Notes: generated from the letters alone by a model not told the origin. Positions 44,494-54,961 are shown, counted from the stretch's first letter. The stretch is DNA of 64,000 nt from Candidatus Methanomethylophilaceae archaeon (GCA_050950505.1 JBMNHS010000001.1:93687-157686); one strand, 5' to 3'. Translations and numbers: made by a program.

Positions 44494-45297
44494 TCATTCG
44501 ATCTGTCTGGCAATCAGCGCTTTGTTGAGTCTTGCGATGATTCTCGTCTCTTTGCGGTAAATCGAATTTATGGTGTGTCTCAGCATTTTGGGATCCACGG
44601 CACTCTTGAGCCTCAGTCCCCTTCTCACCAGCAAAAACTCATCGATGAAGAAACTTTTGTTCGATCCCAGCAGTTCCGGCAGGGAATATGTGACGGAATC
44701 TATCTTGTAGTCCCGGTCTTCGGAATCAAGATACATGTACGCAACCCTCTGTGCCCCGTATCTGTATTTTATGAAAGACGGGCCGTTGTCCACCATGACC
44801 ATTCCCATGTAACCGACCTCGGTCCATTCGAACTCTTCCGCCTCGAAGAGATATAACGGATCGTCGAGCAACGCGTAATCCGCAAGACCTTCTTTCATCA
44901 TTCTGAGATTGTTCTCATCATCAGATATTATCAGTTCCGCCTCGGTGAGTTTCAACGCGGACAACACGGACATCATAAGATCCTCGGTCACGGGGCTGCA
45001 GCAAACGGTGAACCTTCTGTCGTTCCTGCATCTGAGTTCGGCGGCGTGATGTTTGTCGATGATGGTCTGCCCGACTTCCGTCAGACGGGTCCCCATGGGA
45101 GTGGATTCGGTAATCGGAACTCCGGCGGCGCTTTCAATCTGAGAAACATATTTGTGGACGGCGGGAACGGATATTTCCAACACGGAGGCGGCGGCGGTCA
45201 TGCTGCCGTGCTTTCCCACTGCGGACAATACCTCGAGCTGCCTGTTGGTAACGGTCTTTCCGTTGATTACCTGATATGTTTCCGTAAAGATATCCAC
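44494..45297 (-). CDS. LysR/ModE-type winged-HTH transcriptional regulator
   Basis: The N-terminal HTH LEVLSAVGKHGSMTAAASVLEISVPAVHKYVSQIE is followed by a roughly 180-aa domain of unknown ligand. Confidence 0.65.
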   Translation of the reverse strand: MDIFTETYQVINGKTVTNRQLEVLSAVGKHGSMTAAASVLEISVPAVHKYVSQIESAAGVPITESTPMGTRLTEVGQTIIDKHHAAELRCRNDRRFTVCCSPVTEDLMMSVLSALKLTEAELIISDDENNLRMMKEGLADYALLDDPLYLFEAEEFEWTEVGYMGMVMVDNGPSFIKYRYGAQRVAYMYLDSEDRDYKIDSVTYSLPELLGSNKSFFIDEFLLVRRGLRLKSAVDPKMLRHTINSIYRKETRIIARLNKALIARQIE

Positions 45298-45378
45298 GTT
45301 CCAATCACTTCTTTGACGGTTTTAACCCTTGCGCACTGCGGAACGGTATTAATCCGATGAACCGTATCCCCGTTCCGA

Positions 45379-45864
45379 ATGACAGAGAAACTGAAAGATA
45401 TCATTCTCGTGATAGGATTGGGAAGTCCGATTATGTGCGACGACGCCGTCGGACTGAGAATCGCCGAAGAAATCGAAAACATGAAAATCCCCGACGTGGA
45501 AACCCGTCAGGAAGCCATCGGAGGATTGGAAATTCTTACCGTGGTCAGAGGTTACCGTTACGTCATCGTCGCCGACTGCATTCAGACCGGAAGCGTGGAA
45601 CCCGGCACCGTGATGATTTTCGATCTTGAGGATTTTGATTCCACCGTGGTCCCCGCCTCCGCCCATGACTTCAATCTGGCCACCGCATTCGCCATCGGAA
45701 GAGACGTGGAACCCGATACCATGCCCGAAATGGTGAAATACGTGGCCGTGGAAGCGGCGGACATCCAGACGCTCAGCGAGACTATGACGCCGGCGGTCGA
45801 AGCCGCGGTGCCCAGTGCGGTGAGCGCGGTTCTTCACATTGCGGAACAGTTCCGTTCGTTCTGA
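45379..45864 (+). CDS. Hydrogenase maturation endopeptidase (HycI/HoxM family)
   Basis: Pattern ILVIGLGSPIMCDDAVG, VIVADCI and SAHDFNL. Confidence 0.8.
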   Translation: MTEKLKDIILVIGLGSPIMCDDAVGLRIAEEIENMKIPDVETRQEAIGGLEILTVVRGYRYVIVADCIQTGSVEPGTVMIFDLEDFDSTVVPASAHDFNLATAFAIGRDVEPDTMPEMVKYVAVEAADIQTLSETMTPAVEAAVPSAVSAVLHIAEQFRSF

Positions 45865-45866
45865 TA

Positions 45867-47144
45867 TCAGATATCAATGGGAATCGGATCTTTCAGTCCG
45901 TCGGTTTCTTTTCCGAGAATTACGGTGTTCAGGTAATCCGGACGGAGTGCTTCGGACGCCGCTTTCATTACGTCCTCTTCCGTGACCGCGTCGATGCCGG
46001 AAAGCTTTTCCTCGAGAACGTACAGGTTGCCGGTCAGCATGTATTCCCCCGCGACGGAGTTCATTCTGCGGGAGGTGGACTCATAACCGCGTATGATGTC
46101 GCCTTTTACCATTCTCTTTACCCTCTCCAGCTCCCCTTCCTCGAATCCTTCGTTGACGAAGGTTTTGATCACTCTGGACGTGGCGTCCAGGGATTTTACG
46201 ACGTTTTCTGAAGTGGAGGACATGAACAGCCCGAGATAGGATGAGTCGGTTGCTCTGAGATGGGAGGAATAAACCGAATAAACAAGAGCGTTTTTCTCCC
46301 TCACTTCCTGGAAAAGTCTGGAAGACACTCCCGAACCCAATGTCGCCGAAAGCAGAGACAGAGGCATTGCATAGTCGGAATCGGCGGGTTCGCATACGGG
46401 AAATCCCAAAGCGACCTGGTAATGGTCCGCGCTGTTGGAGACGAATCTGTATTTCGGTTCCGGTGCCACCGGCGGAGTGCGGGACGGTTTCGATCCCGCT
46501 TTCATGCCGTCAAACTTTTCGGAAGCCCAGCTGACCGCGTCTTCCGCGTCGACGTCCCCGACGGCAAACACGGAAAGGTTCGGGGTTCCGTATCTGTCGG
46601 CATAATATTCGCGGAGGTCTTCGTAAGTCAGTCCTGCGACGATTTCTTCCAATCCCCCGGGGCCCTGTCCCGGCTCCTGGCCTTCCCACAGGGTGTCGCT
46701 GATCAAATCGTGAATGTAATTTTCGGGATCGTTTCTCACCATGCTCAGTTCCTGAAGAACGATCTTTTTCTCCATCTCGGTGTCATTTTCGTTAATCAGG
46801 GGGTTTGCAATGATGTCCGAAACCATTTCCTTGGCCACTTCGGATGTTTCGTTTATCGTTATCCCGTAGTATCCGGTGTATTCCTTGCCGGTGAACGCGT
46901 TCATGGCGCCTCCGGCGCCTTCGATTTCCTTGGACATCTGATACGAAGTGCGGGTTTTGGTGTGCCTGAACACCACATGTTCCAAAAGATGGGATATTCC
47001 GTGAACTTCTTTTCTTTCGTCCCTGGAACCCGTGCGGACCATCACCATGTATCCTGAGCTCCGGCTTCCGGGTATCGGATCCGTAATGACGGGAATTCCC
47101 GCTTCCGTGTGCAAAATGGATATTCTGCTCATGTTGTTCCCCAA
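45867..47144 (-). CDS. M16-family zinc peptidase (insulinase-like)
   Basis: Inverted zinc motif HLLEHVVF (HxxEH) with a downstream E. 425 aa. The start may be at 47132. Confidence 0.85.
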   Translation of the reverse strand: MGNNMSRISILHTEAGIPVITDPIPGSRSSGYMVMVRTGSRDERKEVHGISHLLEHVVFRHTKTRTSYQMSKEIEGAGGAMNAFTGKEYTGYYGITINETSEVAKEMVSDIIANPLINENDTEMEKKIVLQELSMVRNDPENYIHDLISDTLWEGQEPGQGPGGLEEIVAGLTYEDLREYYADRYGTPNLSVFAVGDVDAEDAVSWASEKFDGMKAGSKPSRTPPVAPEPKYRFVSNSADHYQVALGFPVCEPADSDYAMPLSLLSATLGSGVSSRLFQEVREKNALVYSVYSSHLRATDSSYLGLFMSSTSENVVKSLDATSRVIKTFVNEGFEEGELERVKRMVKGDIIRGYESTSRRMNSVAGEYMLTGNLYVLEEKLSGIDAVTEEDVMKAASEALRPDYLNTVILGKETDGLKDPIPIDI

Positions 47145-47183
47145 TGTGAAATAGATTAATAGATTGGCGGTAATCGGTATACC

Positions 47184-47942
47184 ATGTCCGGGCTAAAAGT
47201 CATAAGATACGATGATGAGAACCTGAGCAATGCCACCGCAATCGTGGGATTTCCCACTGTGGGCCTTGTCGGTTCGATAGTGACCAGCTTCATAATCAAA
47301 GAACTCGAAATGCCGGTTTTCAGAGGAATGGCCTCCGCCGACATGAGCCCGTACTGCATACTTTTGAACGGCGAACCTTACCCCCCGATACGGGTTCACG
47401 GATTCTGCCGTGACGAGAACACGGAATCGGATTGCGGGGATTTGATGGTGGTCACTTCGGAGGTTGCCCCGAACGTACAGCAGTGCTATACGCTGACCGA
47501 CGAACTTCTGGACATGTTCGCGGATTACGGCATCCGGAGAATCATCTGCATCGAAGGCATACCGAGATTCAGTGACGAGGATCACATGTACGCCTGCGGA
47601 AGCACCCCCGCAGCCAGGGAAATCGTCGATACTTTCGGCGTGGAATCTTTGGAAAACGGGATGATAAAGGGTCTGACCGGAGTCATGCTGTTCGAAGGCA
47701 AGGACCGAAACATGGATGTGGTGACGCTGCTGTGTCCCGCCGACCAGAAGCTTCCCGATCCCCGGGCGGCGGTGGGAATCGTCGAACAGTTGGCGAAGGT
47801 GGTTCCGGAACTCAAGAACGTGGACACGAATCCTTTGGTCAAGGAAGCGGAAGAACTGGAAAAGCGTATTCTGTCCCATGCCCGGCAGAGTGAGGAAAAC
47901 GATCCCGGGGCGTTGCCTTACGACCAACATCTGTATGGATAA
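47184..47942 (+). CDS. PAC2-family proteasome assembly chaperone (PbaA/PbaB-like)
   Basis: N-terminus AIVGFPTVGLVGSIV. The C-terminus ends in L-Y-G, an HbYX-type motif like those that dock on 20S alpha rings. Confidence 0.8.
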   Translation: MSGLKVIRYDDENLSNATAIVGFPTVGLVGSIVTSFIIKELEMPVFRGMASADMSPYCILLNGEPYPPIRVHGFCRDENTESDCGDLMVVTSEVAPNVQQCYTLTDELLDMFADYGIRRIICIEGIPRFSDEDHMYACGSTPAAREIVDTFGVESLENGMIKGLTGVMLFEGKDRNMDVVTLLCPADQKLPDPRAAVGIVEQLAKVVPELKNVDTNPLVKEAEELEKRILSHARQSEENDPGALPYDQHLYG

Positions 47943-47975
47943 TTGTTAAATCGAAGGTGCACATAGGTTTCGACG

Positions 47976-48449
47976 ATGAATCTTACACCTTCGAAATTCT
48001 TTGTTGCGTCGGGTTCCGCCACCAGTCCCGTTTCTTCTCTTAACGCCTTTGACAGGGCACTGATGAATGCGGAAATCGGGGAGCAGAATCTGGTGTGCGT
48101 ATCGTCGGTGATACCCGTGAACGCAAAACTGACCGAAAACCGCAAACTGCCCATGGGAGCCGTCACCCATTGTGTTCTGGCTCAGATGAGGGGGGTCGAA
48201 GGCGAGACGATTTCGGCCGGGATTGCATACGTCATGCGCAAGGACGGTCACGGAGGTTACGTGGCAGAAGGCCATCTCCACGGTTCAAAAGACTCCCTCG
48301 AAGAAGAACTCCGGAGCAAAATGGAAGAGATGGGAAGGATGCGCGGGGTTGAACTCGGCGAAATTGTTTTTGTCGTCGAAGAGCTGAAGATACCGAAAGG
48401 CGAATACGGTTGCTGCGTCGCGGCGCTTGTGTTCACGGAGTACGAATGA
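47976..48449 (+). CDS. pdaD: Pyruvoyl-dependent arginine decarboxylase
   Basis: NAFDRALMNAEIGEQNLVCVSSVIP with the self-processing Ser-Ser site. 157 aa. Confidence 0.9.
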   Translation: MNLTPSKFFVASGSATSPVSSLNAFDRALMNAEIGEQNLVCVSSVIPVNAKLTENRKLPMGAVTHCVLAQMRGVEGETISAGIAYVMRKDGHGGYVAEGHLHGSKDSLEEELRSKMEEMGRMRGVELGEIVFVVEELKIPKGEYGCCVAALVFTEYE

Positions 48450-48886
48450 GCAGGTTTGCCGTCACTCCCTGCAATTGCGGAAAACTCAGGGTCATCGACC
48501 TGTCTTCCGATACTTCCGCCTGCCCTTACTGCGGAAGAACCGTAAACCACAGTGTTGTCAAAAAACTGTACGCGGACGAAGACCAGAAGGCGGTAAGGGA
48601 CGCTTTGGCCCGGTTGACCGGTTTTGAAATGCCGAAGGAAGACCCGGAAATAAAAAAACGCATCGCGGAAGCCGATCCCTTCTCTTCCCTGGTGTACCGA
48701 TACGAAGAATGCCGGGATATCGAATTCAGAATGGAACTTCTTGCGGAAGGCCTTACGGAACTTTACGGCACGTTTACTTTGGAAGACGTGAAAAGAGTGG
48801 ATGACAAAGACGGGGAAAAAATTCTTAAAGCCATGATTGCCCAATGCGTGGTCTTCGAGCCGGAACCCGGACGTTACAGAGTCTGA
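48446..48886 (+). CDS. Hypothetical zinc-ribbon protein
   Basis: I prefer the start at MSRFAVTPCNCG...CPYCG (ATGA overlap with pdaD). The track ORF starts at 48410. 146 aa. Confidence 0.55.
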   Translation: MSRFAVTPCNCGKLRVIDLSSDTSACPYCGRTVNHSVVKKLYADEDQKAVRDALARLTGFEMPKEDPEIKKRIAEADPFSSLVYRYEECRDIEFRMELLAEGLTELYGTFTLEDVKRVDDKDGEKILKAMIAQCVVFEPEPGRYRV

Positions 48887-49606
48887 TCACTTCGGCAGGT
48901 CGTCCCGTCTGACTCCCTGTTGTCTGAGCACGGATCTGACGACTTCCGGAAGATCCGAGAATGCCGTTTTGTAAAGATATGCTGAAGACAGAACCAAGGC
49001 GCCGATTATTCCGATAACGCCCAGAAGGGTTTCGGGATTCATGAACCAGGGGATCAGAATCAGGTGGAAAATCATGTTCATGAGCATCGCCTGCGAAGTG
49101 AATTCCAATATGCTCAGTCTGGCCACGCCTTCCCCGATGGTCAGGCCGGCGGAAGACAGCATCATGGTTTTCGACACTGTGTACGCAATCAGAATGGCAT
49201 AATCGTAAGCGGTTACGGCTCCTTCCAGGGACGAGGCCGCGGACGTCAGGTAGAATATCATTCCCACCGAAGCTGTGGCTCCGAAACCGAGTCCCAGGCC
49301 GTAACCGTAAAAGACGGTGTCGGAATTTCCGTGGAACCTTTTCAGATTCATGATTACCAGCAATACCATGATTTCCAGTATTCCGAACAGCAGTGCGTTG
49401 ATCACCACATTTCCCCAGAAATATGTGTACACGGCGAAAATAATCGTTCCGGCAATCATCCCCACGACGAACAGCCCGAAAAAGTACGGGTCACTGAAAA
49501 ACGGTTTCTCCACGGCGGGATACGTGTACTTTCTGAGCACGGCATACATGAGAATCATTGCGGGTGCAATGCCTATCAGCGCCGCCAATCCGAAATTCAG
49601 GTCCAT
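48887..49606 (-). CDS. Hypothetical polytopic membrane protein
   Basis: 239 aa with about 7 hydrophobic helices. I see no confident family motif. A PrsW-like identity is possible but unsupported. Confidence 0.5.
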   Translation of the reverse strand: MDLNFGLAALIGIAPAMILMYAVLRKYTYPAVEKPFFSDPYFFGLFVVGMIAGTIIFAVYTYFWGNVVINALLFGILEIMVLLVIMNLKRFHGNSDTVFYGYGLGLGFGATASVGMIFYLTSAASSLEGAVTAYDYAILIAYTVSKTMMLSSAGLTIGEGVARLSILEFTSQAMLMNMIFHLILIPWFMNPETLLGVIGIIGALVLSSAYLYKTAFSDLPEVVRSVLRQQGVRRDDLPK

Positions 49607-49637
49607 AACGAAATCATATGTTTGTTACATATAATCC

Positions 49638-51590
49638 TTAGCGTTTTTTGTTTTCGGAATCTTCCATGAGTCTGTCGTAATAATGGATTACCATGCAGGA
49701 CTTCTCGCAGGCTCCGCAGGAAGTGCATTTGGACGGATCCACCTTCATCCCTCCGGAAATCTTTATCGCATCGGATTTGCAGGCTTTTACGCATATCCCG
49801 CAGGATGTGCACATCATCGCACGGACCATGGCTTTTACCGTTCTTTCGAAAAGTCTTTCCGTTTGCCTCATCGAATCGGACACCACGGAAACCTGACCGC
49901 CGCCGAAGACCTTCGCGGTGCCGTCTTTGTTGTTGACCACCGCTATTTCGAAATCCGGGGAGTATTTTGTCTTGCCCACCGTGGTCAACGCATCCGCCAC
50001 ATAGGAAAAATCGCGGTTTCTCGGCAGGGATATGACCGCTTCCGCAGAATAGCCTCCGGATTCGCACACCGACGCTCCTTTCAGAACATTCATGGAAATT
50101 CCGGATACGTCCGCGGGTGCCAGATGCAGATTCAACCGATCTGCGAGAAGCGTCATTTTGGGCGGCAACACCTTCCATCTCCAGAATCCCATGTCCGCAT
50201 ATTCGGCGGGAAGTTCTCTCTTTTCGGCGTATCCGTGAAGATAGGTTTCCCATTTTTCATACAAATCGGGATGGAGTCTTTCGGTGTTTCTCCATTCGCT
50301 TGACAGGCAGGAAGCACACAGATAGCACCCTATTCGTTCGAAATCGCGGTCGTACAGGGGGTTGTACTTCAATCCGTTCAACCAGATGTAACACCATACT
50401 TCCGCGGAACGCCAATTCCGTATCGGGTTTACGTTGATTTGGTTGGGCACGAAAGGATTTTTTGACATCAGCGGAGTCCGTGAACGCGAAAAAGATTCCA
50501 AAGCCCTGTTTCCTTCCACGGTGACCGTTCCTTCGGGAAATTGCTTTTCGATGAGATTCGAAACCGGACCGAGCTTGCATACTTTGCAGCACCATCTGAA
50601 ATCTTTTGCGGGGGGTCCGAAGGATTCCACGTTTTCCCAAAAAGCGTTGCCGGCTTCGGCAATGCGCAAATCGTAACCTCCCTCGCGGGCGAAGTCTTTC
50701 ACGTATTCCGAAGTCTCGGGATATTCCAGACCTGTGTCGATGAATATCAGAACGGGTTTTCTCCTCAGTGCCTTTTCGGTCAGAGAGCATGCGACAAGGG
50801 AATCTTTACCGCCGGAGAAAGACACCGTGACTTCCCCTCCTCCCCGTGCCGAAGTCTGAATTTCGGACATTGCTATGGTTGTCATCTCCCCCATGTGCCT
50901 GCGGTTGGTTTCTATGAATTCCCTGCGGCCGGAATCCGGGGAAAAAGGACGGTCGTTCCTGGGACTGAGATCCCTTATTTTGAATCCGCGTTTCGCGTCC
51001 TTCATCTCATGGGACGGCACATGAGCCACTCCCGGTCCCACTTTTCCGGATCTTTTGACAATCAGAGATTCGCCCTCGTCAAAATCGCCGACTATTTCCC
51101 CTATCTTGTCTCCGGGCACGTTTTTGCCTTTGAGATGTCCGGACATTCCGGAGAAATGCACGATGTTTTTTGTCGCCTTGTCCGCGAAGAAATCCGCGCC
51201 GGGTTGGCGGAGTTCCACGACAAGTTTGTTGAGCTGCATATCGAATCTGAGAATACCCAGCACTTCCCCGTGGGCGATTATTTCATCGGTTCTGTCTTCC
51301 CCGGGCACTTTGTTGAAAAATACCGCTTTTCCGTCAATGGGTTCCGATGTGCCAAAGGTTTTCCTGAACACTTCCGCAAGTATTTCTTTGGCTTCGGCGA
51401 AACACGGGCGGATGTCGCCCGGGCTGTTTATCTCAAACCTTCTGCCTGCTGAACCGCATCCTGAACAGGATTGGCCCAGAATCAGCGTGCCGCAACCGTC
51501 GCACCAGTAAGCCGCCTCTTTTCCGTGAGCGGCGTTTGTTTGAGACATTTCATCACCTCTGCGTTCAACATACTTCACATTTATAAACAA
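49638..51590 (-). CDS. PAPS-reductase-family PP-loop protein with N-terminal Zn-ribbon/PUA-like region and C-terminal 2x[4Fe-4S] ferredoxin domain
   Basis: PP-loop VSFSGGKDSLVA, an N-terminal CDGCG..CSGCG and a C-terminal CTSCGICVKAC...CTSCGACEKSC. The likely start is MSQTNAAH at 51548. Confidence 0.7.
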   Translation of the reverse strand: MFINVKYVERRGDEMSQTNAAHGKEAAYWCDGCGTLILGQSCSGCGSAGRRFEINSPGDIRPCFAEAKEILAEVFRKTFGTSEPIDGKAVFFNKVPGEDRTDEIIAHGEVLGILRFDMQLNKLVVELRQPGADFFADKATKNIVHFSGMSGHLKGKNVPGDKIGEIVGDFDEGESLIVKRSGKVGPGVAHVPSHEMKDAKRGFKIRDLSPRNDRPFSPDSGRREFIETNRRHMGEMTTIAMSEIQTSARGGGEVTVSFSGGKDSLVACSLTEKALRRKPVLIFIDTGLEYPETSEYVKDFAREGGYDLRIAEAGNAFWENVESFGPPAKDFRWCCKVCKLGPVSNLIEKQFPEGTVTVEGNRALESFSRSRTPLMSKNPFVPNQINVNPIRNWRSAEVWCYIWLNGLKYNPLYDRDFERIGCYLCASCLSSEWRNTERLHPDLYEKWETYLHGYAEKRELPAEYADMGFWRWKVLPPKMTLLADRLNLHLAPADVSGISMNVLKGASVCESGGYSAEAVISLPRNRDFSYVADALTTVGKTKYSPDFEIAVVNNKDGTAKVFGGGQVSVVSDSMRQTERLFERTVKAMVRAMMCTSCGICVKACKSDAIKISGGMKVDPSKCTSCGACEKSCMVIHYYDRLMEDSENKKR

Positions 51591-51607
51591 TAAGCCGATG
51601 TTCGGAC

Positions 51608-52252
51608 ATGGACGGCAGATACAGCATAATCGATCTTACGCCGGGTTACGGGCACGGCAGATTCAGCCGTCTTGAACTGAAACACATCCTGATTTCAGTC
51701 ATCGTTCTTTCTTTCGCGTTCACATTGGTGATGAAAAGAAACTGGTTGGGTTCCGGCAACGTATTGCTCGGATTTCTTATATTCTTCGCAATCAGTTTTT
51801 CGATAATATCCCTGAGTTTCATCCCTCATGAACTGGGACATAAGTTCGTGGCGCAGAAATACGGCGCATGGTCGGAATACAGAATGTCCGAAAGAGGATT
51901 GCTGTTTGCATTGCTGATATCCCTCTTCGGCTTTCTCATCGCGGCTCCCGGCGCCGTGTACATAAGAGGATACATAAACGAGGAACAGAACGGCAAAATA
52001 AGTGCCGCGGGACCTTTGGTGAACATCGTCATAAGCGCGGTTGCGATTGCGTTGTGGGTAACCTTCCCGACGGGCATCGTCGGAGTGGTGTTGTTCATGC
52101 TTGCATACATCAACGCGGTTCTTGCTTTGTTCAACCTGATTCCGATTCCTCCGTTGGACGGATCGAAAGTCGTCAAATGGAACGTGGGGGTTTGGGTTAC
52201 CCTGCTGGTATTGGGCGCATTGGAACTCCTGTTCGTGTTGGGGTTCTTCTGA
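51608..52252 (+). CDS. Site-2 protease family (M50) intramembrane metalloprotease
   Basis: HELGHKFVA (HExxH) lies in a TM segment, with a downstream LFNLIPIPPLDG motif. Confidence 0.85.
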   Translation: MDGRYSIIDLTPGYGHGRFSRLELKHILISVIVLSFAFTLVMKRNWLGSGNVLLGFLIFFAISFSIISLSFIPHELGHKFVAQKYGAWSEYRMSERGLLFALLISLFGFLIAAPGAVYIRGYINEEQNGKISAAGPLVNIVISAVAIALWVTFPTGIVGVVLFMLAYINAVLALFNLIPIPPLDGSKVVKWNVGVWVTLLVLGALELLFVLGFF

Positions 52253-52293
52253 AGAAATAAAAAATTATAAGCGGGCGGAAGCCCGCATGGTTT

Positions 52294-53751
52294 TCACTGG
52301 CATTCTTCGCAGGGGTACCTGAGACCTGCCAGGGGATCTCCTTCGAAATCGAAGGTTTTGCCGGGATTCAGGATGTTGTTGGGATCCATCGCCCTCTTGA
52401 TTTCCTTGTAGGTCTTGATGTTGGAAGCTCTTTCCCTCTTGAAGTCCACCGCTTTGGCGATGCCGACACCATGTTCTCCGGTAACGGTTCCGTCAAGCTC
52501 TATGCACTTCCGGAAGATTTCACTGACCGCGGCCATGCCGCGTTCCCAGTTTTCCCTGCTGTAGGGATCGACCATCATTTTCGTGTGAAGGTTTCCGTCG
52601 GAAGCATGTCCGTAAGTTGCGACAATCACGTCATGCTTGTCGGCGATTTCCCTGAACGCAGTGATTGCTTCGGGGACTCTCGATACGGGAACTCCCATGT
52701 CATCCGCCAGCGACACGGATACGAATCCGGGCTTGAGGGCGGACAGCGACGTCATGACGGATTTCCTTGCGTCGGTCCATTTGGCGATTTCCGTTTTGTC
52801 GTGAGACGCCGTGACGCTGACTGCATTGTTTTCCTTTGCCACTTCCTCGACAATCTTCAGGTCCCTGTCGACTATTTCCTGGGATTCCCCGTCCACTTCG
52901 ACGATAATCAGCGAGTTGCAGTCCGGCAACGGGTTTCCGCGGGCTTTGTTCACCGCGGATATCGCCAGGGAATCCATGATTTCGCAGGATCCGGGAATCA
53001 GGGGTTTGGCAATCAATGCGGCAATGCACTTGCCCGCATCGGCCACATCATCGAATGCACAGATGCAGGATGCGGCGAATTTGGGCTTTGTCGTCAACTT
53101 GAGGGTTACCTCGGTAATCACACCGAGCTGACCTTCGGAACCGCAAAGCAGACGGGCCAATTGGTAACCGGAAGAATCTTTGATTGTTCTGGTTCCCGCA
53201 CGGACGATTTCTCCGTCGGCCTTCACGAAAGTGAGGCCGAGAACCGCGTCCCTGGTGGCGCCGTATTTTACGGCTCTCATTCCGGAAGCGTTGTTTGCAA
53301 CCATGCCTCCGATGGTGCAGGCTTCGCCGGAACCGGGAGACGGAGGGAAAAAGAATCCGTATTTTCCCAATGCTCTGTTAAGATCTTCGTATATGACGCC
53401 GGCTTCGACATCCACCCACAGGTCCGCTACGCTGATCTCTTTAATTTTATTCATATGCTGCAACGAAAGAACGATGCCGCCTTTGATGGGAACGGCCGAG
53501 CCGCACAACCCTGTGCCTCCCCCTCTGGGAGTGACGGGAATCTTTTCCTCGTTGGCGATTTTCATTATTTCCGAAACCTGCTCGGTGGTTGTCGGCTGAA
53601 TCACCATGTCAGGGTTGTTATGATAGATCGAAGCGTCGAATCCGTAGGTGTAAAGAACTGCGGGATCGACGGAATATCCGTTCTTGCCTACGATCTTCTC
53701 AATTTTTTCTATAATTCTTCGGTCCATATTTACACCAACTACCATATTCAT
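52294..53751 (-). CDS. FAD-linked oxidase (GlcD / D-lactate dehydrogenase family)
   Basis: FAD-binding PCMH domain (PRGGGTGLCGSAVP) and a C-terminal GTVTGEHGVGIAK. The likely start is MDRRIIEK at 53727. Confidence 0.85.
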   Translation of the reverse strand: MNMVVGVNMDRRIIEKIEKIVGKNGYSVDPAVLYTYGFDASIYHNNPDMVIQPTTTEQVSEIMKIANEEKIPVTPRGGGTGLCGSAVPIKGGIVLSLQHMNKIKEISVADLWVDVEAGVIYEDLNRALGKYGFFFPPSPGSGEACTIGGMVANNASGMRAVKYGATRDAVLGLTFVKADGEIVRAGTRTIKDSSGYQLARLLCGSEGQLGVITEVTLKLTTKPKFAASCICAFDDVADAGKCIAALIAKPLIPGSCEIMDSLAISAVNKARGNPLPDCNSLIIVEVDGESQEIVDRDLKIVEEVAKENNAVSVTASHDKTEIAKWTDARKSVMTSLSALKPGFVSVSLADDMGVPVSRVPEAITAFREIADKHDVIVATYGHASDGNLHTKMMVDPYSRENWERGMAAVSEIFRKCIELDGTVTGEHGVGIAKAVDFKRERASNIKTYKEIKRAMDPNNILNPGKTFDFEGDPLAGLRYPCEECQ

Positions 53752-54074
53752 CCTTCTGATTTATAAATGATACGTAAATTCACACTGTTAAAAATGATAA
53801 GGACTCACAGTAAATCATCATGGCCACACATACCGGAAATCTTCCGTGATGTGTAACGGGGATTGATTTTCCGTACCCGCCGTCCGCGAAGAATTTCATT
53901 TGTTAGATTTCCGTTTTTATGTGTTGCGGGAGACGTTTTGAATCTGTTTGAAATCCGAGATGTTTTCGTCGAACGTCGGATTTGTTGTTCGGACATCGGT
54001 TTTTCCGTCGGTGCATATTGATTTGACAAAGAATCGACCAGAAGTTAATTTAAATTGTAAACATACGGAATCAC

Positions 54075-54701
54075 ATGAAATCAAAAATAGTTCTTCTGGG
54101 GCCGCCGGGTTCCGGCAAAGGGACTCAGGGTGAAAAACTCAGTTCGGAATTGGGATTCACAAGACTTTCCACCGGTGACATGCTCAGAGAGGCCGTCAGG
54201 AACGGCACTCCCTTGGGACTCAAAGCCAAAGAATACATGGACAGCGGAACCCTGGTTCCGAACAATCTGATAATCGGACTGATGAAGGAAAAGATTGCCG
54301 AAGTTGACGGCGGAGTCATATTCGACGGATTTCCCAGAACCGTTGAACAGGCGGACGCCCTCGCAAAAGAAATCGATGTGGATTTGGCCATCAATTTCGA
54401 CGTGAGCGACGATGAACTTATCATCAGACTCACCGAAAGACGTACCTGTCCCGACTGCAACTGCGTGTTTCATCTCAAATACAACCCGCCCAAGAAGGAC
54501 GGGGTGTGCGACAAATGCGGATGCAAACTTTACCACAGAGACGACGATACCGAAGAAACCGTCAAAAACAGACTCAAGGTTTACAGGGAAAGCACCTTCC
54601 CCCTCATCGATTATTATGACAAACAGGGAATACTCGTCACGATAATCGGCAAAGGCGACATCGGGGAAATCTTTGCCCAGGTGGAAAAGGCGGTACGCTG
54701 A
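54075..54701 (+). CDS. adk: Adenylate kinase (long form with Cys4 zinc LID)
   Basis: P-loop GPPGSGKGTQ. The LID has CPDCNC...CDKCGC. 208 aa. Confidence 0.93.
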   Translation: MKSKIVLLGPPGSGKGTQGEKLSSELGFTRLSTGDMLREAVRNGTPLGLKAKEYMDSGTLVPNNLIIGLMKEKIAEVDGGVIFDGFPRTVEQADALAKEIDVDLAINFDVSDDELIIRLTERRTCPDCNCVFHLKYNPPKKDGVCDKCGCKLYHRDDDTEETVKNRLKVYRESTFPLIDYYDKQGILVTIIGKGDIGEIFAQVEKAVR

Positions 54702-54776
54702 AAACCGAAGAGGGGCACCCGCCCCTCGCTCTTTCTACGAAAACTATTAAAATATCACTGCATTGGGGAAGTCAAC

Positions 54777-54852
54777 AGCCTCGTAGTGTAGTGGTCAATC
54801 ATGCAGGTCTCTGGATCCTGCGACCGTAGTTCGAATCTGCGCGAGGCTACCA
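54777..54852 (+). tRNA. tRNA-Gln (CUG), CCA encoded
   Basis: 76 nt. Acceptor AGCCUCG/CGAGGCU with an A1:U72 pair. Anticodon arm CAGGU-CUCUGGA-UCCUG (31:39 is U.U). T-arm CGUAG-UUCGAAU-CUGCG. Confidence 0.88.
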
Positions 54853-54961
54853 CTTTCCACCCACTTCAGCATTCCGTTTCGGGTTCCGGGGTTTTTCATA
54901 ATAGATTAATACCGCGATCCACTTGGCTGGACAGTGGTAATGTGTCCGAACCGGAAATCTG

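Noticed and set aside
53805-54029. 74-aa basic ORF (minus strand) in the 323-nt gap upstream of adk.
   Set aside because: It has no motif and an arginine/serine-rich composition typical of random ORFs, and no ribosome-binding or promoter context is visible. It is left unannotated.
54853-54961. Possible fluoride riboswitch upstream of crcB.
   Set aside because: I looked for the crcB-motif core (GGCGAUG...CCUAAAC...GCUGAUGA.CCU-like pseudoknot elements) and found nothing convincing in the 109-nt leader.
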